From NCBI GenBank assembly GCA_035652955.1, contig DASRCU010000206.1, positions 1 to 62,984 on the forward strand: a DNA stretch of 62,984 bases, read 5' to 3'. Of the stretch, positions 1 to 9,250 are shown in pieces. Source of the stretch: Verrucomicrobiia bacterium (GTDB lineage Bacteria; Verrucomicrobiota; Verrucomicrobiia; Limisphaerales; UBA11358). Made by a program: the position numbers and the translations under genes. How positions within the stretch are numbered: position 1 is the stretch's first letter; each line of letters opens with the position of its first letter. A model generated the notes under the pieces. It saw only the letters and a list, made by a program, of their open reading frames with translations, was not told the DNA's origin and did no database searches.

Positions 1-170
1 ATTATGCATTCAGATCCAGGATTGTCGCAGTTCCCACTTCTATCTTCGCCACATACAACTGTATCATTTGGGCCAAGAGCATTGCTTGCCATTGTTAATC
101 CTGACGCTGCAGCTAACAGCATAGCCGCCATTGGCAGTGACGATACTACATTCACTGTTGTTTTATTCAT
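1..170 (-). CDS. Partial CDS (5' end only, runs off window): small secreted Cys-patterned protein
   Basis: Not in the ORF track because it is truncated. The ATG at 170..168 lies 3 nt after the TGA of the 174..1826 gene and just downstream of a GAGGTGA Shine-Dalgarno-like motif. It translates to MNKTTVNVVSSLPMAAMLLAAASGLTMA/SNALGPNDTVVCGEDRSGNCDNPGSECI, a Sec-type signal peptide followed by C-x7-C-x6-C spacing. Confidence 0.45.
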   Translation of the reverse strand, partial: MNKTTVNVVSSLPMAAMLLAAASGLTMASNALGPNDTVVCGEDRSGNCDNPGSECI

Positions 171-173
171 CGT

Positions 174-1826
174 TCACCTCATTTTTGTTTTTTTGTGTTT
201 GTTCCACAGCACGGCCATCACCGGGATTAGTATGACAAATCCAAATAACAGCCACACCAAATTATTTCGTTTGTTCGGATAAAAAAACGCGTCAAATCTC
301 GGGCCATGCTTCAGGTAACGTGCTGCTTGAGACAGAAGAGTCGGATCATCTGCCGACTTCCAAGATTCGCCAGGATGAAGTGTATACTCTGCATACCGAT
401 AAATCCGAGTTTTATTGGCTTGGCGATAGCGAAAATCGAATACATGACTTTCCTGGCTCGCACTGGTTGGAAGCCAGTTGTGTCCCTGTGCCTTGAGCAG
501 GATGACATTGATCGCCTTCAATTTCCCGTAAAATAAAGGATGAGGAAAAGGAGGACGGCTCGCCGCGCCTGGGAACATATAATGTTGAATTTCGGATTCG
601 GCCGGAATTAAAATGTGATTGGTATGATACCACTGCGTGCATTTGAATTTGGTCTCCACCCAACCGTTGGGAATTGTCCTTAGAAAATTAAGGGTTGTTC
701 TTTCACGGTTGTAACCCCCTATTGAAGAGGGATAGACGAAATCGGAACGGAGGAGCGCCTGATCGTCGCTCAAATCGAGAGCATTATCACGCACCGTCGA
801 CAGACTTTCGATGAATTGGCCTTCTGACGGGGAAATAATCCACTTGTATAGGTATGCCCCCAAAGATACGCGCGGGTTCATCCATGGTATAGGCAATGCA
901 ATAATGCCGTTTGTGTCCGGTGCGATCATATCCGGCGAAAGACAGTATGTTAGCCACGGCAATGACATATCAAGGTAGTCGCCGGAATATGAACCCAGAT
1001 AGAATTGGGATGGTGATACTGTGACGATAGTAGAAGGTGAGGTGCCGCCTTTTTCCACGGTCTCCGAGGTATATGTTTCTATGCCATCGCACCAAATTTG
1101 ACCTACTTGACCGGTATTCAAGTTAGTGGCACAGACTTTCCAAGCGTTCCCACCCATAATGACAATGACAACAAAGGAGGCGTCCACGCGTCTCGAATCA
1201 TGATACGTTTTCCCGCTTTGAGGATTTTGAGCGGCAGCGTGATATTCGCCATAGACTTCAATGGTTGTGCTGCCCTCGCCGCTCGCATGGGTCGGTTGCA
1301 GGGACAGAGCCGCCGTCAAACTGATCCACAGTTTCAAAAGAGCACGCTGCCGCACGGCTCGGAGCGCAGAATAAAACCATGGGATGGTCGTGGAAATCAG
1401 ATACAACAGGGCGAGATTTGGGATGATTGTTTCTTCCCTTTTGCTGACATGGAGCAGTTTTCCCAACAACCCCAAGCAACCACAATGGGAGCCGCCGGTA
1501 AAATTGAAAGCCCAGCGGTAGAGCAACATTATCGTCACAAAGGTTAAAACAATAATATTGGTGAAATCCCGGCCGCAAAATCTGAAACAGGCTACCGCGG
1601 TTAATCCCTCGAGAAAGCCGGCTGCAAAATACAGATCGTTATTTGTGAAAAATGGGAAGACCGCATTGGGTAGTCCGCCTTCAAAGCCTGAAATTCTTAA
1701 AAAAGCAAAATGTGAGAACGCGAACAACAGCAGCAAGATCCCAGCAAAGACATGCAGTGAAGAAGGCAACCTGCGCGCCATGCCGTTCAGGTAGTCACCA
1801 ACGAAACGCTCGCTTTTCAACAACAT
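174..1826 (-). CDS. Membrane protein: N-terminal MauE/DoxX-like 4-TM domain with HCGCLG motif, ~370-aa orphan extracytoplasmic domain, C-terminal TM anchor
   Basis: 550-aa ORF. Four hydrophobic helices in the first ~150 aa are followed by GGSHCGCLG, which resembles the CGC(F/L)G hallmark of MauE/DoxX redox-associated membrane proteins. The C-terminal segment LVWLLFGFVILIPVMAVLW looks like a TM anchor. I recognise nothing in the middle domain. The region is visibly lower in GC than its neighbours. Confidence 0.6.
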   Translation of the reverse strand: MLLKSERFVGDYLNGMARRLPSSLHVFAGILLLLFAFSHFAFLRISGFEGGLPNAVFPFFTNNDLYFAAGFLEGLTAVACFRFCGRDFTNIIVLTFVTIMLLYRWAFNFTGGSHCGCLGLLGKLLHVSKREETIIPNLALLYLISTTIPWFYSALRAVRQRALLKLWISLTAALSLQPTHASGEGSTTIEVYGEYHAAAQNPQSGKTYHDSRRVDASFVVIVIMGGNAWKVCATNLNTGQVGQIWCDGIETYTSETVEKGGTSPSTIVTVSPSQFYLGSYSGDYLDMSLPWLTYCLSPDMIAPDTNGIIALPIPWMNPRVSLGAYLYKWIISPSEGQFIESLSTVRDNALDLSDDQALLRSDFVYPSSIGGYNRERTTLNFLRTIPNGWVETKFKCTQWYHTNHILIPAESEIQHYMFPGAASRPPFPHPLFYGKLKAINVILLKAQGHNWLPTSASQESHVFDFRYRQANKTRIYRYAEYTLHPGESWKSADDPTLLSQAARYLKHGPRFDAFFYPNKRNNLVWLLFGFVILIPVMAVLWNKHKKTKMR

Positions 1827-2205
1827 AATCCTTCACGTTGGTTTCTTCCCCTTGAATCAAGCAAGTTTCCTTCTACAGCCTTAAATAGAGCCTGCCACAC
1901 TCAAGAAGAAAGTGCAACAAGAAAAATTAATGAAAGTTATTCACTTTCGTTGGGGGGACATGAGACTTGCTGTTGGTGTGTTTAACCAGTTCTGAAATAT
2001 CGCCCGCGAAGAAGCATGGCGCGAAATCTGATCGGTTGCACGTTGCTGTCCATGCAGCGCCTTGGGGTGTCTCTGTTTAACCCGTTCAATTGTCCGGCCA
2101 TTCGCCGCTTTTGAATGCGGCGCCGTTGCTTTTTTAAAATGGTGAAGCGGCGTGGCTGCCCCCCGTCCGCTGAAAATGTCTGGAAAAGGGGAAGCCGATT
2201 CTCAT

Positions 2206-3780
2206 TCACTCCCACTCAATCGTCCCCGGCGGTTTGCTGGTGATGTCGAAGACGCAACGGTTGACGCCTTTGACTTCATTGATAATGCGCGAGGCGAGCT
2301 TTTCCAGCAGGTCGTAGGGCAGTTTCACCCAGTCGGCGGTCATGCCGTCCTGCGATTCCACGGCGCGGAGGGCGATGGTGTAATCGTAGGTGCGCTCGTC
2401 GCCCATTACGCCGACGCTGCGCACCGGCAGCAAGACGGCGAAGCTTTGCCAGATTTTGTAATACCAGCCGGAGGATTTCATTTCTTCGACGACGATGGCA
2501 TCGGCGTGGCGCAAAATTTCCAGACGTCGCGGCGTCACTTCGCCGAGGATGCGCACGGCCAGGCCGGGGCCGGGGAAGGGCTGACGGAAAACAATCTCCT
2601 TCGGCAGACCCAATTCGAGTCCGAGCTGGCGCACTTCGTCTTTGAACAGGCATTTGAGCGGCTCGACGAGTTGAAATTTCATTTTTCGGGGCAGGCCGCC
2701 GACGTTGTGGTGACTTTTGATGAGCGCGGCGGGGTTGCCGGCGATGGGCACCGACTCGATCACATCGGGGTACAGTGTGCCCTGGGCCAGGAATTTGTAT
2801 TTCGGATTTCGGAGTGGGGGTTTGGAATTTTTCCCGGCCAACTCGATCACGGCGTTTTCGAAGACGGAAATAAATTCCCGGCCGATGATTTTGCGTTTCC
2901 GTTCCGGATCGGTCACGCCGCGCAATTGGGACAGAAAACGTTTCGAGGCGTCCACGTATTTGAGGCGGATGCGGAAATGTTTTCCAAAGACGTTCTGGAC
3001 GGTTTCCGGCTCGCGGGCGCGGAGCAAACCGTTGTTGACGAAAATGCAGGTGAGCTGGTCGCCAATGGCTTTGTGCAGCAGGGCGGCGGCCACGCTGGAA
3101 TCCACGCCGCCGCTCAGACCCAGAATGACGTTTTCGGTTCCGACTTGTTGGCGAATTTCCTCGACGGCTTGATCCACGTAACGGCGCATCGTCCATTGCC
3201 TGCCACAGCCGCAAACCCCGTGGACGAAATTGGCGATGATGTCCCGTCCGCGCGGGGTGTGGGCGACTTCGGGATGAAATTGCAGGCCGAAGAATTTCCG
3301 CGGGCGATGTTCGATGGCGGCGAATTCGGAGTTTTCGGTGACGGCGACGGGTTTGAATCCCGGGGGGATTTGGGTGAGTTTGTCCCCGTGGGAATTCCAG
3401 ACTTGCAGTTGTCGGGGCAGACCGGCAAACAACGCGCAGGAGGGGTCCTCAACGGTGAGCGTGCCCTTGCCGTATTCGCGCCGGAGTCCTTTTTCGACTT
3501 TGCCGCCGAGGAATTCCGCCAGCAATTGCAGACCGTAGCAAATGCCGAGCACGGGAATGCCGAGCGAAAAGATGTTTTGATCCGGCAGCGGCGCATTCTT
3601 CGCATAAACCGAGGCCGGTCCGCCGGATAAAATGAGACCCTTCGGTTTGAGGGCGGCGATCTGCACCGCCGGCGTGTCGTAGCGGAGAATCTGCGAAAAC
3701 ACACGGCATTCGCGGACGCGGCGCGCGATGACTTGAGTGTATTGCGAGCCGAAATCGAGGATGACGATTTGTTCGTTCAT
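2206..3780 (-). CDS. guaA: GMP synthase (glutamine-hydrolysing)
   Basis: [24 protein letters not shown]... is a typical GuaA GATase N-terminus, followed by the ATP-PPase SGGVDSSV motif and the C-terminal ...GTIEWE. I trimmed the track ORF (to 3885) to the ATG at 3780..3778, which gives the canonical N-terminus. Confidence 0.97.
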   Translation of the reverse strand: MNEQIVILDFGSQYTQVIARRVRECRVFSQILRYDTPAVQIAALKPKGLILSGGPASVYAKNAPLPDQNIFSLGIPVLGICYGLQLLAEFLGGKVEKGLRREYGKGTLTVEDPSCALFAGLPRQLQVWNSHGDKLTQIPPGFKPVAVTENSEFAAIEHRPRKFFGLQFHPEVAHTPRGRDIIANFVHGVCGCGRQWTMRRYVDQAVEEIRQQVGTENVILGLSGGVDSSVAAALLHKAIGDQLTCIFVNNGLLRAREPETVQNVFGKHFRIRLKYVDASKRFLSQLRGVTDPERKRKIIGREFISVFENAVIELAGKNSKPPLRNPKYKFLAQGTLYPDVIESVPIAGNPAALIKSHHNVGGLPRKMKFQLVEPLKCLFKDEVRQLGLELGLPKEIVFRQPFPGPGLAVRILGEVTPRRLEILRHADAIVVEEMKSSGWYYKIWQSFAVLLPVRSVGVMGDERTYDYTIALRAVESQDGMTADWVKLPYDLLEKLASRIINEVKGVNRCVFDITSKPPGTIEWE

Positions 3781-3857
3781 GAAATCAAAACGGCGGCGCA
3801 CTCTTTGCCTGGGCGGGGCGGTTTTGGCGAGACAAAAATGAAGCCCCGCCACCGTGT

Positions 3858-3892
3858 GTGAAACGTGAACGCTCCGGTTGTTCACGTTTCAC
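3858..3892. repeat. Perfect 13-bp inverted repeat (GTGAAACGTGAAC-n9-GTTCACGTTTCAC) in the lipoprotein/guaA intergenic region
   Basis: Read directly: 3858..3870 is the exact reverse complement of 3880..3892. A second GC-rich stem (GGCGGGGC/GCCCCGCC) lies just guaA-proximal. No clear U-tract follows. Confidence 0.7.
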
Positions 3893-3940
3893 GCAGCCGG
3901 TGTCAGGCTCCGGTTTGGAAGGGACTGGCCCGTTGGCCGG

Positions 3941-4369
3941 TTATTGTCTGACCACCGAGATTTTACCGGCGTTGGGGTCGTAAACGATTTTGTAACCGTA
4001 CGGCGCTTGCGGCAGCTTGCCCAGATAATGCATGTCCACCATTTCCTGGAGGCTCTTGGGGTACCGGCCTTCAGCGGCGTTGAATTCCTGGATGGCGTGG
4101 TTGACGTAAGCCAGGTTGATCTGGTTTTCAGAATATTTCTCAGCCTGGACGACCACGCCGACGTAATCTGCCGGCGCGGTGAGCGGGTTGCCGCTGGCGT
4201 AATTGGGTGCCGGTGTGTGGGGCGCCGCGGCGTTGGTGACTGCCGGCGCCGCGTTGGTGACTGCCGGTGCGGCATTAGTGGAGGATGGCGGTGCCGGCGC
4301 AGATGTCTTTTGACTACAGCCGGCCAACACCAGGCCGGCCACGAGGGGAAGAACCAGTTTCGCTTTCAT
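3941..4369 (-). CDS. Small lipoprotein with Ala/Pro/Thr-rich linker
   Basis: MKAKLVLPLVAGLVLAGC is a signal peptide with a lipobox (LAGC). It is followed by tandem APAVTNA repeats and a ~90-aa C-terminal domain. Only the last 142 codons of track ORF 3941..5407 are used, because the remainder overlaps queE on the opposite strand. Confidence 0.75.
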   Translation of the reverse strand: MKAKLVLPLVAGLVLAGCSQKTSAPAPPSSTNAAPAVTNAAPAVTNAAAPHTPAPNYASGNPLTAPADYVGVVVQAEKYSENQINLAYVNHAIQEFNAAEGRYPKSLQEMVDMHYLGKLPQAPYGYKIVYDPNAGKISVVRQ

Positions 4370-4489
4370 ACTGCTAACATAATTCAATCGGCGGAAAATC
4401 CAAGCGGAACGTGCGCTGACAAAACTCGCTGCAGAGCGGCAACGTGAAAATGTTGTCGAATCCGCCATCTTTGCGTTTAACTTGGGAAG

Positions 4490-5233
4490 ATGGCCGATAC
4501 GCTGGTGGTCAACGAAATTTACTTGAGCCTGCAAGGGGAAAGCACCTGGGCAGGGTTGCCGTGCATTTTTATCCGCCTCACGGCCTGTGACCTGCGCTGC
4601 TCTTATTGCGATACCGCCTACGCCTTCGCTGAAGGCAAAAAAATGACGCTGGACGCCGTTCTGGCCGAGGTCCGGAAGCGGGCCGCGCCATTTGACGACC
4701 CGAAATCCGAAATTCACAATCCCAAGCTGCCGCTGGTGGAATTGACCGGCGGCGAGCCGCTGTTGCAAAAAAATTCGCTGCCCCTGATGCGTTTGCTGTG
4801 CGACGCGGGGTTCACCGTGTTGCTGGAAACCAGTGGTGCGCATGACCTTTCGGCGGTGGACCCGCGCGTGCGGCGCATCATGGACCTGAAATGTCCCGCC
4901 AGCGGCGAGGCAGCGCGCAATCGCTGGGAAAATCTGCGGCATTTGAAAGCCACCGACGAAATCAAGTTCGTCATCAGCACCGTGGAGGATTACGAATGGG
5001 CCAGGCAAAAAATCAGGGAATACCGCCTGGATTTGGTATGCCCTTTGCTGTTTTCCTGGGCGCATCCGCTGGCGCCGGAACAACGGCACCCGTCCTTGAA
5101 ACCGATGCCGCCGGGGCAAACGCCCATTTCGCGGCGCGAGCTGGCCGAACGCATCATCGCCGACGCGCTGCCGGTGCGGTTCCAGGTGCAGTTGCACAAA
5201 ATTATCTGGCCGCCGGAACAACGCGGAGTTTGA
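4490..5233 (+). CDS. queE: 7-carboxy-7-deazaguanine synthase (radical SAM)
   Basis: N-terminus LVVNEIYLSLQGESTWAGLPCIFIRLTACDLRCSYCDT carries the QueE-type CxxxCxxC radical-SAM cluster motif. The ~247-aa length is typical. Confidence 0.9.
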   Translation: MADTLVVNEIYLSLQGESTWAGLPCIFIRLTACDLRCSYCDTAYAFAEGKKMTLDAVLAEVRKRAAPFDDPKSEIHNPKLPLVELTGGEPLLQKNSLPLMRLLCDAGFTVLLETSGAHDLSAVDPRVRRIMDLKCPASGEAARNRWENLRHLKATDEIKFVISTVEDYEWARQKIREYRLDLVCPLLFSWAHPLAPEQRHPSLKPMPPGQTPISRRELAERIIADALPVRFQVQLHKIIWPPEQRGV

Positions 5234-5272
5234 CAGTAAGATGCGAACGGTGCCAGAAGACATTTGGGTCCA

Positions 5273-5324
5273 GGAAAATGGAACGCCGGCAAAACCGCGG
5301 TATTTCCATTTTCCGGCGGTTTTT
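5273..5324 (+). terminator. Candidate intrinsic terminator after queE
   Basis: GGAAAATGGAA (5273..5283) pairs with TTCCATTTTCC (5304..5314), and an inner CGCCGG/CCGGCG stem is possible. A T5 run follows at 5320..5324. It lies 40 nt after the queE stop. Confidence 0.4.
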
Positions 5325-5387
5325 GAAAAGGCCGGCGGCGAATGCCCGCGGAGGTGCGGCGCCGGGATTTGAATTGCAAATTGCTTT

Positions 5388-6695
5388 GTGTCCAAAACGA
5401 ACGCCATTCTGGAAATGCTGCGCGCCTATGAATCGCGCCAGGTGACCTTTCTGGCTGCGGACGATTCCTGGCCGATCGTGTGGGAGCGGGCCAAAGACGT
5501 GTTCGTCTGGGACGCTGACGGGAAGAAATACCTGGATTTGACCGCCGCCTTTGGCGTGGCCGCCGCCGGCCATGCCAACCCGAGCGTGGTCAAGGCCGGC
5601 CAGGCGCAACTGGCCCGTTTGCCGCACGCGCCGGGCGATTTTCATCCCCACGCGCGCAAGGCCGAGTTGGCGCGGGAGTTGAGTCGCGTCACCTTTGAAC
5701 AATGGAGCCAGAAAAGTGGCCGGACGATTTTCGGCAACTCCGGATTCGAAGCCGTGGAAGCGGCGCTCAAAACAGCCATTCTGGCTACCGGCAAACACGG
5801 CGTGGTGGTCTTCACCGGCGCGTATCACGGCCTGGGTTATGGCGCGCTGGTCACCACGCACCGCGATTTTTTCCGTAAACCGTTTTTGCCGCAGCTCCGG
5901 GAATTCGGCCATTTCGTTCCCTTCCCGGCGAGGTCTTCGGACCTGCCTGCCGTGGATTGGATGGTGCGCCGGCTTTTCCGCCGCGAATGGATCGGGGCCG
6001 TCCTCGTCGAGCCAATTCAGGCGCGGGGCGGCATCAACGTGCCCCCGCCGGAATTCCTGCCGCTGCTCCGCAAGTTGTGCGACGAACACGGCGCGCTGCT
6101 GATCCTGGACGAAATCTACACGGGCTTCGGACGCACGGGAAAAATGTTTGCCTGCGAGCATGCCGGCGTGACGCCCGACCTCATCTGCCTGGGCAAGGCG
6201 CTGACCGGCGGCTTCCCGCTCTCGGCCTGCGTGGGGCGTGCGGATATCATGGACGCCGCCTGGGCGCCCTCCAAAGGCGAGGCGTTGCACACCAGCACGT
6301 TTCTGGGCAACCCCGTCGGCTGCGCCATGGCGCTGGCCCAAATCGCGGAAATTGAAAAACTCAAACTGCCCGCCCGCGCCGCCGAGCTGGGGAAATTTCT
6401 GCTCCAGGAGTTGCAATCCCTCCAGGCCGAAAATTCCCATTTGAAATGCGAAGTGCAGGCGCGCGGCCTCGGCCTGATGGCCGGCGTGGAATTGCGCCGC
6501 ACCGATGGCACGCCCGCCACCGCCGAAGCCTTTGCCGCCGTCAGGAAGTTATTGCAACGCGGTTTCATTTTCCTGCCCGAAGGCGAATTCGGCAATGTCA
6601 TCAGCCTCACGCCACCGCTGACCATCACCAGGCCGCAACTGGCCAAAGCCGTGGCCGCGTTAAAGGAAACGCTGATGACCGACGACCTCCAGTAA
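5388..6695 (+). CDS. Class-III PLP-dependent aminotransferase (acetylornithine/GABA aminotransferase family)
   Basis: LILDEIYTGFGRTGKMFACEH...LGKALTGGFPLSA contains the class-III PLP-lysine region, and the ORF shows family-like similarity along its full length. The start (GTG 5388 or a downstream ATG) is uncertain. Confidence 0.88.
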   Translation: MSKTNAILEMLRAYESRQVTFLAADDSWPIVWERAKDVFVWDADGKKYLDLTAAFGVAAAGHANPSVVKAGQAQLARLPHAPGDFHPHARKAELARELSRVTFEQWSQKSGRTIFGNSGFEAVEAALKTAILATGKHGVVVFTGAYHGLGYGALVTTHRDFFRKPFLPQLREFGHFVPFPARSSDLPAVDWMVRRLFRREWIGAVLVEPIQARGGINVPPPEFLPLLRKLCDEHGALLILDEIYTGFGRTGKMFACEHAGVTPDLICLGKALTGGFPLSACVGRADIMDAAWAPSKGEALHTSTFLGNPVGCAMALAQIAEIEKLKLPARAAELGKFLLQELQSLQAENSHLKCEVQARGLGLMAGVELRRTDGTPATAEAFAAVRKLLQRGFIFLPEGEFGNVISLTPPLTITRPQLAKAVAALKETLMTDDLQ

Positions 6696-6954
6696 AACCA
6701 TTCCGACCGCGCCCAATGGCCGGGAACAGCCCTTTCCGAAATTCAAACCGTTTGCTCAACCCGAGCTTCCGAAGCAAAGCCACCGCCCGGCGGCCGCATT
6801 TTCTCATTGATTGCAAGCTTGGGAAGGTAGCAGCCGGACATCGGCTCCCGGAATTTGCCGGCAGCCGGGAAATCAAAGCAGCTCCCCGCATTTCTCATCG
6901 CCTCCGCTGATTGCTACCGGCCGTTGAGTTCGCCAAACGATTTCCGCCGGCAAA

Positions 6955-8169
6955 TCATTCGGGCATTTTCAACTTCAACTTGTCCGCCACCTGCGCCACG
7001 TCCTTATCGCCGCGACCGGAAAGGTTCACGAGGATGATTTGATCCTTGCTCATTTGAGGCGCGCGTTTCATCGCCTCGGCGACGGCGTGGGCGCTTTCCA
7101 GGGCCGGAATGATCCCTTCCAGCCGCGCCAGTTTCACGAAAGCCTCCAGCGCCTCTTTATCCGTGGCGTAAGTATATTCCACGCGCTTTTGATCGTGCAA
7201 CCAGGCGTGTTCCGGCCCCACGGCGGCGTAATCCAGCCCGGCGCTGATGCTGTGGGTGAGTTGAATCTGGCCAAACTTATCCTGCAAAAGGTAACTGCGC
7301 GTGCCCTGCAACACCCCCAATGACCCGCCGTGGAACCGCGCTGCATGTTGATTCGGCTTGATGCCCCGTCCACCTGCTTCCACGCCTACCATTTTCACGC
7401 TCGTCTCGTCGAGGAACGGATAGAACAAGCCCATGGCGTTGGAGCCGCCGCCGACGCAGGCGATGAGCAGGTCCGGCAGGCGCTTTTCCTTTTCCAAAAT
7501 CTGCGCGCGCGCTTCGTCGCCAATCACCCGCTGGAAATTCCGCACCATCACCGGATAGGGATGCGCGCCATAGACCGTGCCGAGGATGTAATGCGTCGTG
7601 CGGACGTTCGTCACCCAGTCGCGCATCGCCTCGTTAATGGCCTCCTTGAGCGTCTGCTGTCCGGCGTGGACGGGGACGACGTCCGCGCCGAGCATTTTCA
7701 TGCGATAGACGTTCAACTCCTGCCGCCGGCAATCCACCGCGCCCATGTAAATGACGCATTTCATCCCGAACATGGCGGCCACGGTGGCGGTGGCCACGCC
7801 ATGCTGACCCGCCCCAGTCTCGGCAATGACCCGCGTCTTGCCCATGCGCCGGGCCAGCAGAATTTGTCCCAGGCAGTTGTTGATCTTGTGCGCGCCGGTG
7901 TGCAGCAGGTCCTCGCGCTTGAGATAAATTTTCGCCCCGCCCTGTGCGCGGGTGAGGCGTTCAGCCGGGTAAAGCGGCGTAGGACGCCCGCAAAATTCCT
8001 TGAGGTAGCCGGAAAGTTCGCGCTGGAACTGCGGGTCGTGCTGGGCGCGGAAGTATTCGGCCTCCAGCTCCTGCAACGGGTGCATGAGCGTCTCGGGCAC
8101 GAACCGTCCGCCATAGGGGCCGAAATGCCCCCGCGCATCGGGCAGATTCTCCGCCGCAATCACACTCAT
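6955..8169 (-). CDS. trpB: Tryptophan synthase beta chain
   Basis: [23 protein letters not shown]...GRPTPLY...HTGAHKINN is canonical TrpB. I trimmed the track ORF to the ATG at 8169..8167 (MSVIAAENL...). No trpA is adjacent. Confidence 0.95.
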   Translation of the reverse strand: MSVIAAENLPDARGHFGPYGGRFVPETLMHPLQELEAEYFRAQHDPQFQRELSGYLKEFCGRPTPLYPAERLTRAQGGAKIYLKREDLLHTGAHKINNCLGQILLARRMGKTRVIAETGAGQHGVATATVAAMFGMKCVIYMGAVDCRRQELNVYRMKMLGADVVPVHAGQQTLKEAINEAMRDWVTNVRTTHYILGTVYGAHPYPVMVRNFQRVIGDEARAQILEKEKRLPDLLIACVGGGSNAMGLFYPFLDETSVKMVGVEAGGRGIKPNQHAARFHGGSLGVLQGTRSYLLQDKFGQIQLTHSISAGLDYAAVGPEHAWLHDQKRVEYTYATDKEALEAFVKLARLEGIIPALESAHAVAEAMKRAPQMSKDQIILVNLSGRGDKDVAQVADKLKLKMPE

Positions 8170-8253
8170 GCCGTCATTCTCACGCAAAAACGGGGGAGCG
8201 GAAAGAGAAATTTGACAGCCCGTTAAAAAAGTCTGTCGTGTGATCGAACCCGT

Positions 8254-8480
8254 TTGGGGATGAATCGTTCGATGAACCTGGCGTTGAACCTGGCGTTCGG
8301 CAAACGCAAATCCGAACAGGATGAACTGTTCATCCCCACAGCAAAAGCGGCCAGCAGCCACGGCCATCCGTTCTACGCCAGACTCAACCACGTATTAGCC
8401 GAAACCGGCTTTGATGAATTTGTCGAGAAGCTGTGCGCGCGGTATTACAAGGAAGGGGTCGGTCCGGAATTTCAGCCCCT
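8254..8480 (+). pseudogene. N-terminal fragment of an IS4/IS5-like (DUF772-type) transposase
   Basis: ...[47 protein letters not shown]... matches the conserved N-terminal region of this transposase class. It breaks off before the GRPS motif and runs into an IS3 fragment in the same reading frame. Confidence 0.5.
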
Positions 8481-8484
8481 TCCC

Positions 8485-8815
8485 ATTGGAGCGTTCCATC
8501 CACCCGTCGCGTCGCGGGCGCGCTACTGGCCGGTTAAAATAGCGCCCCGTATGAGTCGGCCCGCCAATTCCTACGGCCATGCCACGGCTGAATCCTTCAT
8601 GGCTACCCTTAGAACCAAATGCTTGGAATAAACATCCGCTTCGCGCACTGAAGCCAGATTAAATGTGTTCGATTACCTGGAAAACTTTTAGAACTCCAAG
8701 CGGCTCCACCGCGCCTTGGGCTACAAGTCACCTGTGGAATTTGAAAACCAGCTCGTTAAACGACAGCAACAAATCCGCCAAAAGCCCCATCCGCGCTTTC
8801 GAAGAAAGATCAACA
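8485..8815 (+). pseudogene. C-terminal fragment of an IS3-family transposase (OrfB/rve), with in-frame stops
   Basis: ...MSRPANSYGHATAESFMATLRTKCLE*...ARLNVFDYLENF*NSKRLHRALGYKSPVEFENQL reproduces the IS3 integrase-core tail (compare SR.GN.YDNA.AESFF.TLK.E ... VFDYIE.FYN.KRLHSALGY.SP.EFE). In-frame stops occur at 8629 (TAA) and 8689 (TAG). Confidence 0.7.
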
Positions 8816-9064
8816 GTGATCGGCGCCGATAAGAGCTTCAATGGCGTTCTGCCAGGTGCGGGGCTTCATGCCGTTGTCCGAACCGGCCAGATACGCCTTG
8901 GCGATTTGGAGATTCAGCACCGGCTGGCGCGTGGAATTGTTCTTGGCTTCGATGATCTGGCGCGCCTCGTCTTCGTTCGTGGTGCCCAGGCGGGTGCGTA
9001 TGCCAGTCGTGGTGTCCACGCAATATACAGGCAACCTCGAATGCCCCGACAGATTAAGCGACAA
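8810..9064 (-). pseudogene. N-terminal remnant of a tyrosine recombinase (phage-type integrase)
   Basis: The 84-aa ORF ...PVYCVDTTTGIRTRLGTTNEDEARQIIEAKNNSTRQPVLNLQIAKAYL...RTWQNAIEAL resembles the N-terminal arm/SAM-like region of island integrases. No catalytic domain follows, and the ORF abuts the IS3 fragment. The assignment rests on pattern recall only. Confidence 0.45.
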
Positions 9065-9250
9065 CGTGTTTTCATAATTTTCTCACGTAACCGCGAAGAT
9101 AAAATGAACTGACTCCGAACTGTTAGCGCGTAGCGGGCGAGTTACCCGGAGTTACGCTGGGTTCTTTCGGAGTTGGAAAACGGGTGTCCGCTTTGGCATC
9201 TGTTGCGGATCTCTCCGTCACCAAACCCTTGTAAATAAAGGCGTTTTATT

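Noticed and set aside
4-282. 92-aa plus-strand ORF at the left edge.
   Set aside because: It overlaps, in antisense, the 3' end of the 550-aa membrane protein gene and the coupled Cys-peptide ORF. It has no SD or motif support.
2152-3630. 492-aa plus-strand ORF overlapping guaA.
   Set aside because: It is antisense to an unambiguous GMP synthase. The sequence is low-complexity and G/A/D/F-rich with no motifs, consistent with a shadow ORF.
4370-5407. N-terminal 346 codons of track ORF 3941..5407 (488 aa).
   Set aside because: This part is antisense to queE and R/G/Q-rich. A clean lipoprotein signal peptide (MKAKLVLPLVAGLVLAGC) starts at 4369, so only the last 142 codons were kept.
5202-6440. 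412-aa minus-strand ORF.
   Set aside because: It is antisense to the class-III aminotransferase and has shadow-frame composition.
8226-8262. GATCGAACCCGTTTGGGG, a T-loop-like string that might be a third tRNA-Cys remnant marking the far end of the older island.
   Set aside because: Only about 8 contiguous matching nucleotides (ATCGAACC) plus a loose TGGGG. The TCGAACC T-loop motif is common, so this is too short to distinguish from chance.
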